Positions 56,223 through 64,000 of a stretch of DNA of 64,000 nucleotides are shown here, piece by piece (positions within the stretch are counted from its first letter, which is position 1; each line of letters opens with the position of its first letter). The translations under genes were made by a program, and so were the position numbers. Location of the stretch: NCBI RefSeq assembly GCF_009914755.1, contig NC_060925.1. The stretch is one strand, 5' to 3'. The DNA is from the human T2T-CHM13v2.0 reference genome, Homo sapiens. Below the pieces are notes generated by a model. That model was not told the DNA's origin, did no database searches, and saw only the letters and a program-made list of their open reading frames with translations.

Positions 56223-57300
56223 TCACTTGTTGTTTGACTCTCTAGTCCTGTCTTTACGGAAGGCCTTCTTAATATAATGATAAGGATTTCCAGATTTTAG
56301 AGGCTGAGGAAAGTCACATGAGGAAGAAGCACAAAGCAGCTGTGAGCACAGGTGTGTGGCAGAGGTGAAGACCCACCTGGCCGAGAGGGAGGTGCTGTGG
56401 CATGAAGTTGTTTCTGAGTTGCTGCAAGCCCTTGGGAGGTGATGTCCCTCATCTCTTGTGATACAGTAGGCCATCGGGCTTTTGCTCAAAGTTGCAGAGA
56501 GAACATTAGAAGTACTGCTTTGGGCCTTTGTAGAGCTCAGACTTGCCAGGGTGGAGCGGGTGTTGTAGCTTGAATTGGATGGGAGACACTGGGATTCTCA
56601 AGGCTTTCTGACCTTGGCCAACATCATTGCTGAGTGGAGAGATGGGTACCCCTGGGCATCCAGGCTGATAGACATTGGTCTTTTTTGGCTGGGTGGGTTA
56701 GCTCATGATGCAGCAAGCCTTCAAGGTGACATGTCATTAATTGCTGAAGTGGGTGACACAGCTGGACAGTGCTGTGGGCTATCAGGCTGAAGTGGTCAAA
56801 GAGGAGTTCCTGGGGGCGCTGGGTAATTAAAAATGGGTGCATTTCTACAGCCTGGGCTTAGAGGTGGAGTAGGTTGGGCACAGCTGGGGGCAGTGCTTCA
56901 GAGAAGCCAGGGACTGCATTAGACCTAAGGGCTCCTTTCTGGCTGCTGCACCAATGGGCGTGGGGTGAGAGTGTGGCAGCCCTCCTCTGCCACAGCAAGA
57001 GGCTTGGTGAGTTGGTTATGCTGCAGATTAGCACAGTGTATCATATTGGCCTCCCTGCATATTTTGTGGGTGTTCAGAAGTCTTTTTGCTCACTTCCAAT
57101 GTTCCCACTTGTTTTCATAGCAGGCACAGAATGGCTGCTACAACCAACCACCTCTGGAAGCCTGGGTGGGCAGAGGGTGGACCTGGTCTGCTCCCCATCA
57201 TATTGTCAGCATCATTGATTCCTGCTGAGACCACTAAGTTCCCGTTTTATGTACTTGACAGGCCATGGTGTGGCATTCCTATCTATCAGGAAAATCTTTA
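56223..57300 (-). mobile_element. Fossil Ty3/Gypsy pol fragment (RT C-terminus, RNase H, start of integrase), MamGyp-int-like
   Basis: Collinear degenerate motifs across frameshifts: PVKY, LTKPLAV...LVQQ, FSEALPPAVPN-YSTSK (56905-56857), RPQELLFDHFSL...HELTHPAKK (ORF 56624-56842), DGLLYH (56475-56458), HYIKK. Confidence 0.65.
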
Positions 57301-57599
57301 TTAAGTTCCATCTGAGGAAACTAATTCTAGTTTAAACCATCTGTCTTAGATCCATCCTTCTCTATTAGAGAAAGAAGGCTTCACATTTAGGGCAAGGAAG
57401 TAGAAAAGGAGAGAGGGAGAAGACACTTTTGTGCCATTTCTTTGATGAGGAAACTGAGCATGCTGGGGGCCCAGCCTGAGGAAGCAGAAGAATGGTCTAG
57501 TTCCTGACCACCTTACGTCATGCCCCAAGTGACCCTTCCCTCTCTGCAGTGGCTTCTTGACATTTCTGTATGTTTCCTGCTTAGGGGCAATTCACACAT

Positions 57600-57965
57600 T
57601 TTGTAGCGGTCCCTGCTTTCCCTTCAGAAGCTGTAGTGGGGGCAGATGTGCCCTGCCTGTCTCTTGGTATTGATGCACAGGCAAGTGATGTAGTCTTGGC
57701 CAGTTTGATGGACTTTCAATCTGGGGAGAGCAATGAGCATCCAGTGGAGTCTGTGCATGTCCAGTGGGTGACAGGAGTGGCCAGGGGCCACTGGCCTGAC
57801 TATACCCAGGGATGCAGTGGCTGCGTCCTCAGCTCCTGCCTCCTGCTCTGCAAGTTGGCTGCTTCTCTGTTATTCCCATTGCCTCTGTGAGCTTCCCATG
57901 TTCCTTCCCACAAATGTCTTTTCTCCTGAAGTCACTGTGTTCTGTTGACAGCTGAGAAACACTCC
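57600..57965 (+). mobile_element. Old ERVL LTR (LTR33-like)
   Basis: CTGTGAGCTTCCCATGTTCCTTCCCACAAATGTCTTTTCTCCTGAAGT resembles the LTR33 3' end. Confidence 0.4.
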
Positions 57966-58182
57966 CCCCAGCCACAGTGCTCTTTCTCCATATTCTTAAA
58001 TTCAGCAGGCTTTGGTCAACGTTCTTTGACTGACTTGGGTCTATAATCTTTTCCTCTTAACTATGTTTTAAGATCCTTGAGGATCTTAAACATGTTAAAC
58101 ATTTTTTCTCAAGAATGTCTGTCTCATTTTGTTTGCTCTGTAAATGTTCATTGAATGAATGAATGACGATGTGACGGAGTAT

Positions 58183-58930
58183 GTGTATTAGTTATCTACT
58201 TTCGAAAATTTTTAATGGATGCATAGTTATACATATTTATGGGATATATGTGATATTTTGATAGAAGTATACATGTAATGATCAGATCAGGGTAATTGAG
58301 GTATCCATCACTTCAAGCATTTATGATTTCCTTGTATTAGGAACATTCCAATTCCACTTTTTGAGTTATCTTGAAATATATAATAAGTTATTGTTAATTG
58401 TAGTTGCCTTAGTTGTCTATTGAGGCACAACAACTACCCTAGAACTTAGTGTCTTAAAACAATAATAAACACATTATCTCACACAATTTCTAGGAGCTGG
58501 GAGGTTGGAGTGGCTTAGCTGGGTAGTTCACTTATGTGGTTGTACTCATGGTTGCCTGGGGTTGCAGTCTTATGAAGGCTGTGCTAGATTTAGAGAATCT
58601 ACCACCAAAATAGTTCACTCATGTGGCTGGCAAGTGTGAGTGCTGGTTACTGGCAGGCGCCCTCAGTTTCTATCCATGCGTACATCCTCATTGGGCTACT
58701 TGAGTATCCTTATAACATGGCAGCTGACTTCCCCCAGAGCATATGAACCAAGAGAGTGCAAAGCAGAAGGTGGTATCTTTTATGATCTAGCTTCAGAAAT
58801 CACACTTCTTCATTTCTGTGCTATCCTATTGTTTACACAGGTCAGCTCTATCAGTGGAAAAGACCACACAGTGCATAAAGACCAGGAACCCAGAATCACT
58901 GAGGCCATCTTGGAGGCTGTCTACCACAGC
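58183..58930 (-). mobile_element. MLT1G/H-type MaLR LTR split by an L1
   Basis: TGTATTAGTTATCTA start; CTCATGTGGCTGGCAAG; GGCCATCTTGGAGGCTGTCTACCACA end. Confidence 0.8.
58201..58408 (-). mobile_element. L1MA 3' end fragment with TSD
   Basis: GATCAGATCAGGGTAATTG..GTATCCATCAC; TSD TTAGTT(A/G)TCTA(C/T)T on both sides. Confidence 0.85.
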
Positions 58931-59338
58931 ATGACTCACAAAGACAGCCAGAAATGGATTTGCAGGATCAGGGCATAGCTCAGTGAGATACTTAGGAGAC
59001 CACAGGGGAAGCTAAAAATGATGTTGGCCTGGCTGACTCCGAGGATAAAAGCCAGGAGGTCTGTCTGTCCTCTGTGGTTGACCTTACCCAGGGGTCTTCA
59101 CTTTCAGTTTCCTGATGTGGTGAGACCTAATGACCATCTCCCCTCACCCCTGCCATTCATACTCTGATTTTGACAGGCCTGGAGGTGGGGATGGGGGAAG
59201 GTGAGCTGAGCAGAGTTGGAAAGCTTCTGTCAGAGGGACCTTACCAACGCCTTTCACTCCCAAGAAACTTTCCTCATCATTTACTCTTCTTGTTATGATG
59301 GCACCAAGTTCATCTCTTGCTGTTTGGCTTTAAGAAGA

Positions 59339-59798
59339 TGAGTGGATTGAATAGTGTCCTCCCTCAAAATTCATGTGCACCTGGAGATCGGCTGCACATG
59401 TGACCTTATTTGGAAAGGAAATAGGGTCTTTGTAGATATAATTAAGGTAAGGATCAAAATGAGAACATACTAGGTTGGAGTAAGCCCTAAATCCCATGAG
59501 TGTCCTCACAAGAGATAGAACAGAGAGCCATAGAGCAGGAGGTGATGTGAAGAAGGAGGCAGAGATTGGGGTGATGCCTCTACTAGTTGAGGAGCACCAA
59601 GGATTGCCAACAGCCACCAGAAAGTAGGAGAGAGGCACGGGGCATATTGTCCCACAGAGCCTCCAGGAGGGACCAGCCCCTTCTGACCACCTGCATGTCA
59701 TACTTCTTGTCTTCTGAGCTGTGAGAGAATAAATTTCCATTGTTTCAGGCCACCTGGTTTGAGGTCATTTGTTATGGGAGCCCTAGGAAACTGATGGA
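59339..59798 (+). mobile_element. MLT1C-type MaLR solo LTR
   Basis: GTGACCTTATTTGGAAA, GAGGCAGAGATTGGGGTGATG, CTGTGAGAGAATAAATTTC, GCCCTAGGAAACT. Confidence 0.88.
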
Positions 59799-62404
59799 TA
59801 AATGGAGTAAAATAAAATCTTTGAAAGATCTTCTAAGACCAGCCATGATTTAGATGGGTAACTGGAAGCAGGAGGGGGTTTTAGTTGGGGGGCAGGGTGG
59901 GGGCAGAGGTGGTCTTTTCCATAACTTGGAAAACCTCAGAACAGCGTGTTCACCTGGGGCTTTAGGACCAGACCTTCCTGCCTCCCCCACACAGTGGTGC
60001 TCTACCCAATGAGACCCCTGGGATTGCTGATTCTTTGGGGTGGGTGTGGAGGCCAGAGGGCTTAGCACTGGCTTCTTCACTGGAAAAGGTAGAGTGGAAA
60101 ATTGGACCTATTCTATCCAGTGACCCATTCATTGCTTAATCAGCGAGTCATCCAGTGATCAATTAACTCATTATTAACTCAAGGTTTACTATGAGCAAAG
60201 CTGTGCCATTTATTTCTTCCACTTTTTTTACTGTGTCTACTCCTATGTTTCATCCAGGGGCCAAACACTTTTCCTAAGGCTGATACTGTTCCAGTGAGGT
60301 GGAAAGAAGCTGCTATCGCAATTCATACCAACTTAATCATATTATTACCAATGATCACATGGATTTCTCAAGAGGGTATTTGCATTTTGAAAGTGGGATC
60401 TGGAAAGCTCCATAATAGCTCTCCAGTGCTGGGGCTTCAACTTTGTTGTGGTGAGGGTAAGTCTTCTTCTTTCCTACAGCTCCTCATTCTTGGAGCAAAG
60501 AGGACTCGGTTCTGCTTTGAGTCATTTGGTGACAAGCTAAAGGGGTCGGCTTCTCTGTACAATCCGAGGTGGGGCAGGACTGGGATTGGGGACAAGAGAA
60601 ACTGAAGGAACCATCCCTGCCCTTGGGCAGCTTCACTTCCAGCCCCTCAAGGGCGAAGCGGTAGGGATGGGATAGCTCAGCCCAGGGCTTCCTCCTGGGG
60701 TAGAGTTGACCTTGAGAGGGGCAGCACTGTCCCCAGTCCCTTCCTGCGGGGTTCTTTAATGCCAATGTGAACAGTCTGGAAATGGAATCCCTGGGACCCC
60801 TCCCTATCACCATTATTATAAAAAACTCCAGGATTGTAGCTGTGGAGCCTCGGGCTTCAGGAATGCAGCCTGTAATTACCTCGCTTCTAAATGCTCATGG
60901 TAATGGATGATGAGGCCTCATGCTTCAGACCGGTTAAATTGCTGTGTGACTTGGTTGCAGTTTAACTCGGCAGATGACATGCTCATACTTGGCAAAGGGA
61001 GAGAATGTGAACTATTTGGGGATTGTTAACTTACAGCACAACCTGGAAATTGACGGAGAAGCTCTGGAAAGGAGAAGTCAGCAAAATCTTGTACCAAGAG
61101 CTGATTCCTCATGACCACCTCCCCTTTGCTTCAGACCTGGCCCTGTGTCACCCGGGGTGAGGGTGTTGAGGTGGGTGTGAAAGTGCCGGGGGATCTCCCA
61201 GGCTCCCACGCATGCACCCGGCACTCTGCTGGATGCTGAGGGGAAGAATGCTGAAGACAAGAGCATGCCCGTCTCTGTCCTGCAGGAATGTGCTCCCATG
61301 GGGGCAAACCCACAGGCCTCTGTTTCAGAGGTCACTGTAGGCACTCTGCAGACCTACAAATTGAAGATCTAGGGCTTCATGGTGACTGAGTCATCTTGCC
61401 ATGGGGCTTGGGGGATGATGGAAGTGTAACAGAGAAAGTGATCTCTGAATTGGACATTGGAGAATGCATAGGATTTGGGCAGGCTGAAGGGCAAAGCTAG
61501 ATAGAGAGTGACCAAGAGGCCTGGCTTGGCCAGTAAAGGCAGGCTGTGAGTAGTGTGGCTGGATCACGCTGTGGGAGGGCGAGTGAAAGGGTAGCGTGAA
61601 AATCAGAGGGCACTGGGGTGGTAAGCCGGGGCTGGGCTGTGAGTCCAGATTCACCCCTTTCCCAAGGAAATGCTTCCAGTGAACTCACAAATGCAAGCCT
61701 CCCCTGTCACAGTCCCACTGCCACACCCAGACCCTGGTGTCGTGCCTCCGCTGGGACTGAACATGAGCTAGTCAGGCTGGGGTCTGCTATGCTGGGCGAG
61801 GGCCTGAGAGCAGAAGGATGGTGCCAGAAACCATCTGGCCAGCTCCAGAGACCCTGGGCACTACCCTTCCACTCCCCTCTTCCTGCCATGCCCTTGAAGA
61901 GGGACTGGGGTCTGCACATGGTCATTCCTAGCCATGGTTTGAGCCTCTCCTCTCCTCCTCACTCACCTCCCCTGGCTTATGTTCTGAAAGGGTGAGCTCC
62001 AGCTCCAGAGAATTTGACCTTGGGGTGAAGACCTAGCCGCAGTGAGGTTTGCAGGTGGACTGCAGCTGGCCCTGTGCACTTTGGGGCAAAGTGCTCCCCG
62101 GGGTCTGTTCTGTCTGCCGGGAACAGATATGTGATGTGGCACTTCCCACCACCCCAGGGATGGGCTACTGTCCCTCCTCAGAGGGACCATCGGGCCCTCA
62201 TCAACATCACCTCCACGGTCTTTCCTCCTCCTCCTCGCTGCCTTTCTTTCATTCGCCGGGCCCCAACCGCTTCCAGAGCTCCTTATACATTTGCTACGAA
62301 TCTTTATTTCCAGATTAGTCACCATGCACACAAAATGGAGCGTCCCTGATTTGAGGAGCAAAAACAGTGATTACTAGATTGGTTCTCTCTCACAGAATGT
62401 GGAG

Positions 62405-62525
62405 GAACAAACAATGCCACACAATTTTAGTTTGTATAGCGTCTTTCAAACCACGCAATGCCCCGGGCACAGCGCGGAGTTGCTGTAAATAATACAATAA
62501 CCGAGATAAACATACTAAAAATCTT
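62405..62525. promoter_or_regulatory. Candidate enhancer: SOX/FOX/GATA motif cluster
   Basis: AACAATG 62410, ACAAT 62421 and 62494, GTAAATA 62485, overlapping AGATAA/TAAACA 62504-62512. Confidence 0.3.
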
Positions 62526-63189
62526 TGCATCGAGCTTCCTTTTGTCCTGCTATACTCAGCCAGGGAGGCTGGAAGGAAAGAGATGGGGAAGGTGCAGCCC
62601 CCAGACCCTGGGGGAAAGCCAGTGGGGGCTCGGGGTGCGGCTGGAGGGAGGCAATGTGGGAAGGGAGGTGGTGGGAACTGCAGTCAGAAACAGCTGCGTT
62701 CAAATGGGGTCGGGGATGGGGGAGACTAGTGGAGAGGTAGGTTGGGGGCAGGGTGGGTCAAGTAAAGTAGGCCTGCTTTCGGGCGGGCTCCCTCATTCAG
62801 CCAGGACTAGGGAGAAGTCAGGGTAGAGGATGAACAGGAGAGGTTGCTCTTTTTCTGGACATCTTTATGCTGTCATAGAACACACACAGGTGAGTTGGGT
62901 CTTGGCTGTTTTATTAACATACTTTACAACTCAGTGTTGTTTCCCTGAACCTTAACTTTTCCATGAGGCAGGTGATACCGGTCATTAAATTCCCTTCCAG
63001 ACCTGATGGTCATTGATTTTGTAGCCCCCACAAATTCCCATGGTGTGACACTGTCAGGGGTCCCGGCCACATGCTCTCTGACTGAGGGGAAAGGACAGAG
63101 CTCCCCATTCCCCCCAGCTTCCATGGGAGCAAACCCCCAGCTCCCGCTCCTGGCCTTACTCTTGGAGCACGAGGGTGATGCTGAGAAAC

Positions 63190-63410
63190 GTGATTGTGAC
63201 CTTGAGTGAATGAGCAGTCTGCATTTGAATCTTCCTGTGGGGTCTTGGGTTTTGCCAACCTTAAATAGGCATAAAGACACCTACTCACAGGGTTTTTGTG
63301 AGGATGAACTGATGTGTGTGCATGAAATAATATGTGCAAGGTGCCCAGGGTCGTGTGTAACACAGTGCTTGTACACTAAATGGGGGTAGTGATTCTTAGT
63401 ATTTTAATTA
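63190..63410 (+). mobile_element. MIR
   Basis: CCTACTCACAGGGTTTTTGTGAGGATGAACTGA...AATATGTGCAAGGTGCCCAG. Confidence 0.65.
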
Positions 63411-64000
63411 TTGATGATGGTGACTTGATCCACTGAGAGGGAACACAGCTTCGCCCTGAGGAGAGCATTTGGGGACCAAGGGTGAGGTTGCAGGGGTGCA
63501 AGGAGAGGCGTCTGGGTGCTCTGGCCTGCTAGACCCACCCTGAGCACTGGGCGGCAGCTGACTCTGGGATGGGCCCCTGGAACTTGCTCTCATTTTCAAG
63601 TCGTTGGAGCTTTGTTCATCAGTTCCTCCTAATTTGGGTGAAGTTCGCCATATGGAGAGCAGGGAACAGTGTTAAAAAAGCTTTCACACATAGATAGCAC
63701 AGCACTTTCTCTGCTAAATGAGGACTCTCTTCCCCAGTACAGATTTCACACGCCGATCTCCAGGGTGTTGAGTTCCCTTGTCAACAGGGGTGGAGTTGTT
63801 GAGGCTCTTGGAGCCATTGTCTCTGGCTGGCCGGGTCCTGTTCCGACCCCAGGAGAAATCCCATCTTCTTTTTCCTCCCCCGGGGTGAGCGTTTTCTAGC
63901 CCTCTCAGGTGAAACAGCTTTACTTCCAAGGCCAGGCAGAGTGTACTCAGCTCCCCCCAGCTGCAGGTGGCTCGGCTGCCAGGCCCGGCTCACCGGGGTC

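Noticed and set aside
56440-56842. Zinc-finger-like reading (CSLC...GLLYH, LLHHELTH) suggesting a ZNF pseudogene
   Set aside because: Cys/His spacing does not form C2H2 fingers; the collinear Gypsy RNase H/integrase motifs explain the region better

Overview
Primate (most likely human) non-coding genomic DNA, either a large intron or intergenic. It is dense in interspersed repeats: 9 Alus (J/S/Y), L1PA/L1M, L2, MIR, CR1, MaLR/ERVL LTRs, hAT MITEs and one MADE1. I could not recognise any host protein-coding exon or name the locus. The only convincing protein-like ORFs are remnants of an L1PA element and a heavily decayed Ty3/Gypsy pol. The most notable observations are: (1) a ~300-bp inverted duplication (about 88% identical in its core) around a 1-kb spacer at 39.2-40.9 kb, copying a MER63 together with its unique flanks; (2) a 5'-intact, 3'-truncated, tail-less L1PA4-like element that still has a 13-bp target-site duplication (TSD), consistent with internal priming; (3) a Gypsy RT-RNaseH-integrase fossil at 56.2-57.3 kb; (4) several local direct duplications and a chimeric AluS/AluY; (5) promoter- and enhancer-like repeat-free islands at about 10.4, 26.9, 34.5-35.6 and 62.5 kb. 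Repeat subfamily names come from recalled consensus motifs, not from a database search, and boundaries of old repeats are approximate.
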